Counted from the stretch's first letter, positions 49,201 through 61,337 are shown. The stretch is 64,000 nucleotides of DNA from Lingula anatina (GCA_051362555.1 CM120640.1:71526788-71590787); one strand, 5' to 3'. The notes: generated by a model not told the origin, from the sequence alone. Numbers and translations are program-made.

Positions 49201-52200
49201 TCAAGATTCATGATCACAAGCTAATAACCCCAAGAAATTGAAAGAAATTGTACTTATTACAAGAAATTATTTAAATCCGCCCTGATCCCTACTCTTCTGA
49301 CAGGACAAAAAGGGGATTTCAGAGAGGCTGGTTGCTAAAAGGAAAATGCCCAAGGTTGTTGTATTTTGAAAAAAAAAATTAAAAAGTGTACTGTTGTTAG
49401 TGAATGTTTAATGCATCTTAGGCATTATGACAAAAGTAACTTACCCCAGACACACTGACCTCCTTTTTTCATTGACATATTTTAATTTTTTCCAGCCTGA
49501 CCATAATTCATATATTCAATGCAGCCTTCTCCCATATCTATAATAGAAAAAAAAACTTGAGTAGTGTTAAGATATGCATGTCAAATTCATTATCAATTTT
49601 GAGAGAATTTCTGTTTCAACACTACAAGATGAAATATTTAATTTCAAGTAATGAATAAACCTTAATAGAGTTCTATTCTTTTGTAACCACCAAGGCAAAG
49701 CTTCTTTCTTAAAATGAACTGAAACATCCAAGCTTGCCACCTAACATGCCAAAGTAGTGAAGTATAATTTAAGTAGAGAAGCAAGTACCCCTTAATTATA
49801 GAGGTGTCTTACACAATAAAGTGTGTCTTACACACCTCGACTCAAAGAGAGATGTGTAGTGAGATAACAGGTAAAGTAATTGGTGGAGCCTAGGTGAACT
49901 TAAAACCTTAAGACTTTAAATTAAGAAGCACCAGGATTCATGTGTGTTCTTTTTTCAAAGGTTTAATATGAATTAAAACATATATATGTAAAAAGAAGAC
50001 TAAATAAGTTAAAAATAACTATACCAAAGACACTGTGAAGTCAAACTTCCTGTTAGGCCGCCATGATGGAAAATGCTGGGTGGAGGCAAAATTTTCCAGT
50101 CAAAAAAACTGAGCACTTTACTTTAACAACAAAGTTACCACTCCAAAGCCACCCACCATGGTGAGAAGAAAAATGATGACCAACTGTCATGATAAGTCTT
50201 TTTAGATTTAGACATGAAAAAGGTAAAGGCCAAAATGGTACATTTACCCATAACACTAGAGTAAAAAATTGGTATTCTGAACAAATCGGGTTATTTTTTT
50301 CAAGAAATATTGGAGCAGTATCCATGCAATATATACCACGCCACGACCAAGATGTTCAAGAATCTAAACACACCAAATTTTTTTATAATCTTGCATTTGA
50401 AAAGTACAAAAAGCGGTAAGGCTTTTGGCCATAACAAGCGTAACACTTTTTGATCGGAACTCATGAAAATTGTCAATTGTCGTATCCAAGCTAGACCACA
50501 TGTAAAATCGCAAAAAAAAAACAATACTGCTCAAGCAAGTGTGTTGCACACATAACAATTAGTTAAATTTTATGACTGTCATGTGACACAAGTTTCAAAA
50601 AGTAGGAGGAAAATGTCTTTTGGAGTAATTTTTTTTTCGAAATATTAACAAGATGGCGGCTTAAGCATCTGCTTGTTATTCGGCTACTGAAAGTGCACCT
50701 AAGTTTTATTCTTTGCTATTGCCACAAATTACTTAACAATTGCAACTGTATAAAGACCAAACTTTCTTCATCTGATACTATATTTATAGGCACTTGTTAT
50801 GAGTGGGAAATATTTTTCGTGCAATATTTATTCTCCACACACCACCTCGCGAGATCAACGTGAAGCTGGACACTTACACAGTGAGACCCTACGACATAAA
50901 AGTTGCAATTTATCTTCATATTTCGTGTAGTTATGCATTTAAAAGCACTTACCTGTTTTTTGAAAACCTTGTCCAACGTAATATCATATAAATTCTGTAT
51001 TTCTCTCATTTTTTAGAAACTTGGAACTCCGTTTCTGTTTCTGTCCTCAAAAATCAACAGACGAAGGCACAGATACTAACAAACGAGATTTCAACGAGAG
51101 TAGCAATTAAGCGTAACAGAGATAGGCATCCATTGTTCTCTGGGTTCTATTCATTCCGACCAATGAGAGACCGTAATACGGGCTCCGCCCCCACGCGTGT
51201 AATCTCCTTCTGTTATAACTCCTTGATTTAACCAAGTACAAAATTTGCTGTTTTGACACAAATTAGTTCCCCCTGTCTCTAAGAAATTAATCTGCACTAT
51301 ACAGATTCCTTCATTTAATCTGCTGTATATTTACTCCTTTATTACCTATAGAAGACTAAACTAGTTCTAAGCCGCCCACAATATGGAAATGTCTTGCTTA
51401 TTGGTTTTTTCTTTTTCTCTATCTCTTTCCCTACCTACTAGCAGCTTCTCCTTACAATTTCATAAGTCAAACATGCTAGCTTTTTTCCAAACAAAATAAG
51501 TGATGTCAGATATTCTTTTCAAAAAGTTAAGACAACTTACGACAGTGTAGTTGTTTTTTCTTCAACGTTTTGACTGCTCTTCCCTTCATTCCTTGGGGCA
51601 CAGCACATCTGGTGTTGTTGGCGATCCCGACACGTTGGTTCTTGGACCAGCGAACTATCCACTGGAGGTGACAGTCACACATTAAGTAGGCCGATTGGAA
51701 GTCACTGAAAATGTGTTGTCATTACAGAATGGTTAGTGATTGTTGTAAGTGGAAATATGACATCAATTATATATCATGACATGTAGTGGTTAGTATCATA
51801 TACTTGTTTTCAAGACTTTTTTCCAATTTTTAATAAATCATACACATTTGCATTGTATGTCTGACATATAAGAAGTGACAAAAACTGAATAAACTAATGT
51901 TCTTAGATATTGGTTGTTATTAGACACCTACAGTTTTCTGAGTGCAGTCAAATCCTTGAATGTTCCTTCCTTTATAGTCTTTAGCTGGTTATTGGACAAG
52001 GAGCTGGAAAAAAGAGTCATACAGTCTATATTGATAGTCTTCAGCTGGTTATTGGACAAGGAGCTAGAAGAGAGAGTCATTCAGTTCAATTCTATACTTC
52101 CCCTTGTAACCATTTCCTGGATATATGGTTTACATTACATTTGATAAATCAACCGTAAAAAAAGAGAACTTATTTTACCAACTCACATTTTTTATCTGTT

Positions 52201-55200
52201 CCAAAGTCATTCAAAAGCCAGACAAAGTTCTGTAGTATGAATAATTACATTTCACACATAGGACAATTAATAGTGTTGTTTCCAGATCATTAGTCACAAT
52301 GGGCAGTGGTTATGCAGTCTACCTGCAGATCATAAACACGTCCAAGTCTGTACCTCTCTTGTTATAGACCCCAGCCACTGAGTGGCAAGGAGAGATTTAT
52401 AGATTTATGCCAACCGTTATCCTGTACTTGTAAGCCACCAATCAGATGCAAATTTATTTCAGAAACTGAAAACACATGAAGCAAAGTAGTGCAATCAGTA
52501 GATTCAGTTAAAAACCAGTTTTCTCCACAAAGCCCTGTATTGTGTGACACACTGGTGTTGTCAAGGCTGATCATATCCACCAGGCTGGATGGTGGGTTGA
52601 GCTGGATGGAGGTGTGAATTTAAGGTAGTAATTAACAGTAAAACAGTAAAATTTGGGTGTTTTTCTGAATTTGTCAGTATTAGATAGATGAAATATCAAC
52701 TACATATCAGCCTATCTTAACATAATGGAAGTTTACACATAAACCCGTAATTTTAGCCTAATTGGTGATTTACCCCTGTGGTAGCGTGTCTGAGTTTTAA
52801 AGTAGGTCACACTTGTCCATATATGTGTTTGATTGGCAGCTCCACTGTGCAGCTGTATATTTCCCGTACTAGATTGCTGCTAAGCCTTTCACATTCTGTG
52901 AGTAACGTCCCGCTTTCACTTGCCAAACAATACTTTTCATTTTGAATTTATCAGTGAACTTAATTCTGATGATCTATTAAAGCTTTAAAAAGCATACATA
53001 TAGATGAGACGTATATGGGCAAAGGCACTCCCCCTAGGTGTCACGTGGTGAAGAAGGCTGACGTCACGACTAACATGGTGGCTGCTGTCAATGCATGGAG
53101 GGGGCCTCCGGTTGAAAATGTTCAATAATATGTTGAAAATGGATGAAAGACATAGTGACAGTTACATAGGCAGTGAGTAGAGGGCTGAACCAGTATAAAT
53201 AACTAAATTTCTCAGCTTGCCAATGCAGCTCACTGATTATATAACGTTGGAATCTCCGGGGAGCACTAAAAGGCTGATTTCTCAGCTTCAGTTTATGGCT
53301 TCAAGAGAACCATTTAGACCAGTGTCAAAATTAATTAGAACTCTCAACCGATGAAAACTGGCATTCATTCGTTAGATCTAAGGTTTGTCTGAAATCATGT
53401 GTCTGGGATTTCATAACATCAGCTCCGTTTTCAACTTACGCGTGCTTTAGTTAGGCTAGGGGGTCTCGTTGAACTGGAAACCAGGTTTATTTTGATATCT
53501 CTTCTAATTTAACACATATCGCTAATTTGAGGCGCATTCTTGTTGATCCCAATGAGGGCTCACGAGTCAAGCTGTCTACACATGTCCATTTGTAGTGGAC
53601 TTCTAGTTTTTAAGGTGTAAAGATCATGATAAGCACCCCTATTAAGCATTATATCTCATTACGTAACGATTACATAATAAAATAAGGATATGAAATGAAA
53701 AGCTGTTGAAATAAGCTTTCTATTGATATGTAGCATGTTGGTATATCTTGGTCGGTTTAGAAGATAGCTACCCCTGTTATCTACATCCTTAAACAACCAT
53801 GTTCATAAATCATATGTCCTAGTAACACTTCTGCTGGTTTGAGCTGTTCTCTCTGTACTTTATTATTTTTAAGGATGAGATTCCATTAGTTTCTATACTA
53901 ATGAGTGTTGACAGAGTACAAGTCCATTTGAATAAAACAGTTAATCTGAAGCTGGTTATTTGTTACTAATGTGAGGCAGTACTGGTATGTTTATACAGGT
54001 AAAGAATGCTCACTACTTTCATTCCGCAAAAATAAATAAATAAATAAATAAATAATAATTCAAAAAATAATTAAAGGATTTAAACTGAAAGGTGGTCTTT
54101 ATTTTTTAGTATAGTTTTAGTATAACTTAAGTAGTCAAGTTAAATAAAACCAATACTAGTATCACAGTACTTACAGTCTTCCCAGCTGATTTAGTCCTTC
54201 CAGCATGCTGCTGTTGATACTGCCTAGTCTGTTACCAGAAAGGTCCCTAGGACAGAAAAATAATATTAACACAAACCTGAAAATCTTTCGGCCATTTTTG
54301 CCAAAATAAACAAAGCATGTATTTTTTTCAGTTACATTAATAACATATCGTATAGTCATTTTGCCTTACTAAGGCTTCGTTCACATGGAAAGTCTATTTT
54401 CTAAAAATCTATTTTCTGTTCGCGGTATATCTTGTGATCACGGTCTGTGCCCTGAATATCCCGCAGCGTAATTACTGGCAGCGCAAGCCAGTTGCTTCCA
54501 AAGCTGTAATTAATTCTTGGCTGTGCTCAGAGGAGATTCTGATACCTTGACGCATCCGCAGTAGGAAGTTAGAAAGTTAATGGCAGTCGCGGTTGCTTTG
54601 AAAAATGTGTTTGTCAATTTTGTGGAACAACAAGACGAAGAAGATGAAGAAGCTATACACACGACAGATACGAGTGCAACCGTCATGATCCGATGGCAAG
54701 CGATGCGGCAACGGAGGATGAGATTTTATAGAATGCGAGCACAGCCGAGAATTAATTACAGCTTTGTATAAGTAACTGGCTCATGCTGCCAGTAATTACG
54801 CCGCGGTATATTCAGGGCACAGACCGTGATCATAAGATACCGCGAATAGAAAATAGATTTTTAGAAAATAGACTCTCCATGTGAACGAAGCCTTAGTAAT
54901 CAAACATGGACCAGTAAAATCTTAATTTTTTAAGAGCCACAAGGATGAAGCCATTCCAGGACAAATAGGTTAAGACCTAAAGCCCCTCAACACTACAGTG
55001 TATTTGTATATATCCAACTTTCCTGTACATTACATATATTTGGTGGCATGTGTCCATCACTTTGTTTATAACAACTAGCACTAGAGGAATCTACACCTCA
55101 CATACATATAAAATACATAGGACAGGGTTGTTCTTTCTGTGTGCAGGACTTCAACTACTCTGATAACTGTATTAGTACAGACTAGTATATGTATATTTCT

Positions 55201-56527
55201 CTGCTGTAAAGATCCCATTCTTTAGTAGATAACTGTGCTAGAGAGCTTTCCAGTCTCTCTCAGCCGGCCCATTACAGGGAAGATTCAATTAACATCTCAG
55301 AGAACTTGACATTTCCTTCAAGTATGTTTTGAGTGCTGCTATATATAGCTCCACTCTTGTCCCAGTATCAGAGTGTGGTAGTCAGGAACCTCTCAGAGCT
55401 TATATTGTTTACATCTCACTCAGGACCTGGGCAGCTGAGAACTCCAGGCTTTGAACATACTACTATCTCATATCAAATGTTACCATATCTGTCATCTTTT
55501 TTTTTTCCAAAAAAAAAAGATCAAAAGACTTCATTAATTAATGACATTCTGAGAGTTGCAACACTGAAACTTTCAAAACTTATTTGCTGATAAATAAAGA
55601 AAACAAATATAATTCTACAAGCAAAAAAAAGTTCAAGTTCTACATGTATATAAAAAACAGCTGTTTGTTTGGGCCCCCCAGTTGTTATCTGTACTGACCT
55701 ATTCCCTCTACCTTGGTTAACCCAAGTTGCCATGGTTACACCACGGGTGAGAAATACAACCATGAGTAATTCAAACCTAAACTTTGCTCCAAGTTTAGAT
55801 AAGGAAGGATGTGAGGGCAAAATATGACCACACTGGAGATGTCAGTGAGTTCTAGCCTGGATGTACTATAGACACTACATGACAATGGACACACACTGGA
55901 GATGTCAGTGAGTTCTAGCCTGGATATACTATAGAAGCTACATAACAATGGACACACACTGGAGATGTCAGTGAGTTCTAGCCTGGATATACTATAGAAG
56001 CTACATAACAATGGACACACACTGGAGATGTCAGTGAGTTCTAGCCTGGCTGTACTATAGACTACATGACAATGGACACACACTGGAGATGTCAGTGAGT
56101 TCTAGCCTAGCTGTACTATAGACTACATGACAATGGACTCACACTGAAGATGTCAGTGAGTTCTAGTCTAGCTGTACTATAGACTACATGACAATGGACA
56201 CACACTGGAGATGTCAGTGAGTTCTAGTCTGGCTGTACTATAGACACTACATGACAATGGACACACACTGGAGATGTCAGTGAGTTCTAGCCTAGCTGTA
56301 CTATAGACTACATGACAATGGACACACACTGGAGATGTCAGTGAGTTCTAGCCTGGATGTACTATAGACACTACATGACAATGGACACATTGGCAAAGAG
56401 ATGTTTATAGGATGCATAGCTAAAACACCATTTTTTCCATGTATATAATACTTACAGTCTCTTCAGCTGTCTTAGACCCTGGAATGCTCCTTGTTCTATC
56501 ACACTGATCTGGTTGTTTTGAAGGTCT
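30801..56527 (-). CDS. ADGRA3: Adhesion GPCR A-family (ADGRA3/GPR125-like): LRRs, LRRCT, Ig, HormR, GAIN/GPS, 7TM, long tail ending in PDZ-binding ETSV; 5' exons not found in window
   Basis: Exons (minus): 56456-56527, 54175-54246, 51932-52003 (72-nt LRR exons), 51541-51704 (CDCHLQW LRRCT), 43911-44488 (Ig + HormR), 41585-41731, 41344-41438, 40785-41028, 40176-40371, 39715-39828, 39147-39250 (GPS: CFHLTNFALLM), 34149-34294, 33865-34050, 33483-33662, 30801-33159. All phases are consistent. May be co-orthologous to vertebrate ADGRA1/2/3. Confidence 0.9.
35356..35945. repeat. 20-bp minisatellite, ~29 copies
   Basis: CTGAACTACCCACAGTAYYC. Confidence 0.95.
37662..38223. repeat. 52-bp minisatellite, ~11 copies
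   Basis: ACAACCTGATCACTGTCCCAGTCTCTGATAATCTACAGACACCTGTTCACAT. Confidence 0.95.
39500..39730 (-). repeat. Degenerate ~57-bp tandem repeat x4 spanning an ADGRA3 donor
   Basis: CTTACCA(T/G)TAGCAG recurs at ~39539, 39594, 39656 (decayed) and 39710 (true), separated by GATTRTGCAG...GTCTTC. Confidence 0.7.
41909..42142. mobile_element. Degenerate short MITE
   Basis: Imperfect TIRs GCACATTCAGATTCATAC / GTGTGCATCTGAATGCAGTC with internal inverted ATCAGTG...TAATCAG segments. Confidence 0.45.
43289..43934 (-). repeat. 32-bp tandem repeat x~20 spanning an ADGRA3 exon/donor junction
   Basis: Minus-strand unit TAGAGCAGTACACACAG|GTAAGATTTGGGTCC, i.e. the exon end plus the intron start. Confidence 0.95.
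46133..46232. repeat. (CT)n(CA)n microsatellite
   Basis: Direct reading. Confidence 0.95.
47370..51225. mobile_element. P-superfamily-like non-autonomous DNA transposon, 3856 bp
   Basis: Perfect 31-bp TIRs CAAGGAGTTATAACAGAAGGAGATTACACGC (47370-47400 / 51195-51225), 7-bp direct repeat ATTTAAC on both sides, CANRG terminus, no long ORF. Confidence 0.85.
51971..52090 (-). repeat. 60-bp duplication spanning an ADGRA3 LRR-exon acceptor
   Basis: ATAGTCTTYAGCTGGTTATTGGACAAGGAGCTRGAARARAGAGTCAT twice, 60 bp apart. Confidence 0.9.
52624..53788. mobile_element. Possible Kolobok-like non-autonomous element
   Basis: TTAA on both sides, imperfect TIRs GGTAGTAATTAACAG / CTGTTATCTACATCC, CpG-richer core. 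Confidence 0.45.
54370..54895. mobile_element. Foldback MITE with ~160-bp inverted arms
   Basis: TAAGGCTTCGTTCACATGGA...TCCATGTGAACGAAGCCTTA. Arms 54370-54528 and 54737-54895 are near-complementary; the spacer has a short acidic ORF start. Confidence 0.85.
55829..56389. repeat. ~62-64-bp minisatellite x~9 near an ADGRA3 donor
   Basis: CACACTGGAGATGTCAGTGAGTTCTAGCCTGGATGTACTATAGAC(AC)TACATGACAATGGACA. Confidence 0.93.
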
Positions 56528-57007
56528 CTGAAATATAAGAAACAAAATTATTATCAAAATTCAAAATTACTGTCATATGCATACAAAACAAAAAATTCTT
56601 TAAAAAAATGCCATTCTTACTATAGAATAAAAAAAAAAAGATTGTTGTTGGTAGTTTTTAACTGAACCGTACTGTAAGGGGAATAAATGGTACTGAACCT
56701 TGCAGTAAGGCGCAGTTGTAGTAAATAACTTGGAGGTTGTGGCCTTTGTGTTAGTGGGAGTTACTCATGGAGTCAGCTGTAGATAAAAAGCCAACCACTT
56801 CATTAAGGTAAATCTTTCAACAATTTTATCACTTCCTCACAACCCAAAGGTTAAACCCACAGCAAAACAAAGTGCTTGATGATAATTACATTAATTTCTA
56901 GACACAATTTTTTTTGCTCTTTGAAAATCGTGTATAATATGAAACACTAGAGAATGTGAAAACTGCAATCAAGAACACCCATACACATCAGCACTGGATA
57001 CAAATTA

Positions 57008-57560
57008 TACCCCATTCACACTACAGTTGCAAAAATGCGCATTTCTATAATCCGAATTTTTCGTAAGGAATTCGATTCGGTATTGCGTTCACACACGCTA
57101 AGCGAATCCGAATTACACGTTGAAAATTTCAGGTTTAACTTCCTGTTTTGAACACTCGCGCATGCGCCGCACAGGAAATCTTAAAATACCAACAAAAATT
57201 TGTGACGACAAATGCAACTCTAAAGACATTCCAGCATTCTTGAGAAGTATAAGATGGCAAAATAAGTTTGTTTCCTCATGTTGTAGTGAGTGGTGACCTC
57301 CAAATACGTTTGGTGCAATCGCTAAAGTAATAAACAAGCGTTCATAGATACCCGCACTTATCTGCACACATGCGCAGTTAGATCTGTACAGGTGTCGATT
57401 CCGGTAAGTTATCCGGATCGCGCTTAGAAATCCACCTCGCTTGCAGGATTTTGAAAATGCGCATTACAAAAATCCTCTTGCGTTCACACTACTGCATTTA
57501 TTCGAATTGTGACCTAATTCGCAATTTATCCGGATAACTGAGCATAGTGTGAACGGGGTA
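57008..57560. mobile_element. PIF/Harbinger-like MITE related to family A
   Basis: TIR TACCCCATTCACACTA...TAGTGTGAACGGGGTA flanked by TTA on both sides. Shares GCGTTCACAC and AATCCACCTC subterminal motifs with family A. Confidence 0.8.
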
Positions 57561-57925
57561 TTAGTCATCAGAGGGGCTACAACAGACACTGTTTCCCTTC
57601 CAAAAGGCTGCAGTGTTCTTATTGCTATCATTAATAGTGGATTCTGATATTATTACAGCAACATAAAATCTAATTTCAGTTGTTCAAATAGAATGGTTCT
57701 CAGGGAAAAAAGATCAGTGTTCTAGGTTGAGCGGAATAAAAAGTCTGCCAGTGCAGTCACAACCCTTGTATTGACATAATGTGTTACAAATCCCCACATG
57801 TGACAGCCAGGGTCCCAATCTTCTACCTTCAGCATGGAATCCTAAACTCCACAAATATTTATATTTCTAGTGTCGACTTTGACAAGGAGGACAAAAGTGT
57901 AACTGTGGGCACATACTAACAGGGC

Positions 57926-58768
57926 ATTCTGAAAGGTTTCTGGGGATAATCTCTGTATACTGGGGGAATCATATCACCTCTGAGGGTACACATAGGATTC
58001 TGAAAGGTTTCTGGAGATAATCTCTGTATACTGGGGGAATCATATCACCTCTGAGAGTACACATAGGATTCTGAAAGGTTTCTGGGGATAATCTCTGTAT
58101 ACTGGGGAAATCATATCACCTCTGAGAGTACACATAGGATTCTGAAAGGTTTCTGGGGATAATCTCTGTATACTGGGGAATTAGATACCACCTCTGAGAG
58201 TACACATGGGATTCTGAAAGGTTTCTGGGATAATCTCTGTATACTGGGGGAATCATATCACCTCTGAGGGTACACATAGGATTCTGAAAGGTTTCTGGGG
58301 ATAATCTCTGTATACTGGGGGAATCATATCACCTCTGAGAGTACACATAGGATTCTGAAAGGTTTCTGGGGATAATCTCTGTATACTGGGGGAATCATAT
58401 CACCTCTGAGAGTACACATGGGATTCTGAAAGGTTTCTGGGGATAATCTCTGTATACTGGGGGAATCATATCACCTCTGAGAGTACACATAGGATTCTGA
58501 AAGGTTTCTGGGGATAATCTCTGTATACTGGGGGAATCATATCACCTCTGAGAGTACACATGGGATTCTGAAAGGTTTCTGGGATAATCTCTGTATACTG
58601 GGGGAATCATATCACCTCTGAGGGTACACATAGGATTCTGAAAGGTTTCTGGGGATAATCTCTGTATACTGGGGGAATCATATCACCTCTGAGGGTACAC
58701 ATGGGATTCTGAAAGGTTTCTGGGGATAATCTCTGTATACTGGGGGAATCATATCACCTCTGAGAGTC
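57926..58768. repeat. ~71-bp minisatellite x~12
   Basis: ATTCTGAAAGGTTTCTGGGGATAATCTCTGTATACTGGGGGAATCATATCACCTCTGAGRGTACACATRGG. Confidence 0.95.
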
Positions 58769-58877
58769 TTCACAGGGACAGGTGTTAGAACAGACTTACT
58801 TTGGGAGGTGACAATACTGAGGTTAAAGGTGACACTGACATTATATCAATCAGACTCAATGATAATGTTTGGAGGTG

Positions 58878-59125
58878 AGGACTTGTTAACCCTTGCTATT
58901 TCTTCATCAAACCAATATTTAAATCACAACAGACAGTCTACAGAGGACCTGTTAACCCTTTCTATTTCTTGGTTAAGCCAATATTTCAGTCACCACAGAC
59001 TGTCTGTAGAGGGCTTGTTAACCCTTTCTATTCCTTTCTTAAGCCAATGCTTCAGTCACCATAGACTGTTAACCCTTTCTATTTCTTCATATTTAGCAAA
59101 CATTTCAGTCACCACAATATCTGTA
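58878..59125. repeat. Degenerate tandem repeat x4 (~50-65 bp units)
   Basis: TGTTAACCCTTTCTATTTCTT...CCAATATTTCAGTCACCAC recurring. Confidence 0.7.
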
Positions 59126-60136
59126 GATCTTTTCCATCACAATTGAGATTCTTCTAGGATTTAAAAAATAGATGCCAATTTTAGTCCAACATCAAGTGTT
59201 TACTAAAATGGAAACCATAATATCAGTCTTGTGCATGCTTTTAGATGTGTGGACTATTTGTGGATGTTTCTTACAAAAATACTTTAGTTTCTAGGAAATA
59301 ATCATCAATATTTTAGACCAGAATAACCCTGAACATCTGCCACCCTATCTTTCCTAAATATTCCTTCAATCAAATCTGACAGCATCTCTTCCTGGAAGTC
59401 ATTTCCTGTCTGGGAAACTTCTCAATAGAAGTGAATAGGAGACCTTCCTCTCAGAGCCAGTGCTGGTTGGGCTCTAGGAAATTACTGCAAGTGTACTAGA
59501 AGAAAGAATATACAGCTTTCATCAGCCACTTTTATCAGCAGAATTGATCCTGTCTACGGCTCAGCTAAACCCATTCATTTGACATGGAAAACACAGCAAT
59601 GGGGAAGTCCCTTGAGGAAAGAAAACCTTTCACACATCTGAATTTCCTTACTGCTGGGTTGCTCTTGTACACTCACCACAGTCAATAGTTTTGTTAAAGG
59701 CTTAAGTGTTCAGGGAGTGGGAAAACTACAAGATTATCTGAATATCTGTGTTACTTCTCTCTCTGCCAGGCTGTCAGAAAAAGAGTTATCTTTACTGAGA
59801 ATGTGTACTTTGTCTCCTTCAGCTGGGGTCACTCCCACCCACAGTGGCTAACTCTTAAGTAATCTCTCTCTCTGAAGTGTTTTAGGTGTTAGGTCACTGA
59901 GTCACAAATCCTGCTGGCTACCAACTCCAGGAAATCGTGACGATTTAAAAAAGTATTTTTTCTCTATTGTGGGATTTTGGCATGATGAATATCAAAATAC
60001 AAACTTTCTTGATTGGTCAGTATAGGAGTTGAAAGTACAGGAAAACTGAGGGTTCAGTTAAATCTGTGACTTTCCTGCATTAAAGAGCTATTTCTTGAAG
60101 CTTGGCACTTCAATCAATTAGAAGTTAGGCGACTGT

Positions 60137-60828
60137 AGCCCCATTCACACCTACATGGTTAATCGAGATTAAGGGAATCGCGATTCTAACGCGCTTAGCT
60201 AAATTCACTTTTTTGCGTTCACACATGTAAAAACAAAATCGCGATTTACCTAGCTAGATCTGGTAATTGCAACTGCGCTCGCTAGGGGAGTCACGGTATA
60301 TCCTGTTGATCATGCGCAGTAGCTGCCTTCAAGACCATGCTTTCGGTTTGTACGTTGTTATTTTCCATTTAATACTTTCATCGGCCCAAATATTTAGTTA
60401 TGCTGCCACTGAGTTTTCAGACCAGAACGTCCTCTTGGCCATTTTGCTGACTGCGAAGAAACTTGAAATTGCGTGGACAGTTTGTTTTCTTTCACTTTCC
60501 AGTCGGCGAATAGCTGTATTTAGCTAATGTTTCGTTTCAATTTATACCCGACATGAAATAAAATTTATTGTATTGTATTATATTGTACTTTCGATAGAAA
60601 CTGTGCACGCCTCTTAAGAACTCAACTTCCGGTGCTAACATCGATCCCGTTCTCACTAGGAAATTTTATATCGCGATTTAAGTTTACATCGATAGAATCC
60701 ACCTCTCGAGTAGGATTAATTTGAATCGCGATTTGACGTCTCTACTGCGTTCACACTAGAAGCTTTACATCGATAGAATCGCGATTTGGCACTAATCGCG
60801 ATTGAAAGTGTCTCGTGTGAATGGGGCT
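60137..60828. mobile_element. MITE family A, copy 2
   Basis: Same sequence and TIRs as 13161-13852, same orientation. Confidence 0.85.
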
Positions 60829-61122
60829 TGTGTAAGCAAATAAACCAGCTAAGAAAATATGCACCCATTTGAAAGGCCAAGGTTTCCTGGATCCTCCTGC
60901 CATTCATTGAACATCAACTTGACCTACAACTCCACATATACACATTCTCCAATCCAGACTGACAGGAGAAAACACGGTGGAACGGCCTACATCACCAAAC
61001 TTCTCAACATTTTATACTATACAATACTTCAATTAACTCATCTGTAACAATAGTTGATGTCAGGAGTATCTATAGTGAGCTGTTGACAATGCATTCCTGT
61101 ACTGCAGGTAAACTGCTGACTA

Positions 61123-61337
61123 ACACCCCATTTCCATAGATTAGATCGACCTACTTTGGATCGACCTAACTCCCTGAGGGTTCGCGCTGAATAGCTGTCA
61201 GCCGGGCGGACACGAAAGTTAATTGCCCCTTACGGCTTGTAGTGGGCGGGGATGGACACTTAAAGGGGATTATCTGACAGTAGTCTGGTGAGACTCCCCG
61301 CGGTGATAGATCGATCTAAAGTTGTGGGAATAGACCC
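61123..61337 (-). mobile_element. MITE family B, copy 4 (diverged, inverted)
   Basis: CCATAGATTAGATCGACC...GATCGATCTAAAGTTGTGGGAA; interior resembles copy 2. Confidence 0.7.

Noticed and set aside
58795-58880. Possible further ADGRA3 LRR exon next to the 71-bp array (minus-strand GTAAGT at ~58794-58799)
   Set aside because: No LRR-like translation or suitably spaced acceptor was found; upstream exons probably lie outside the window.
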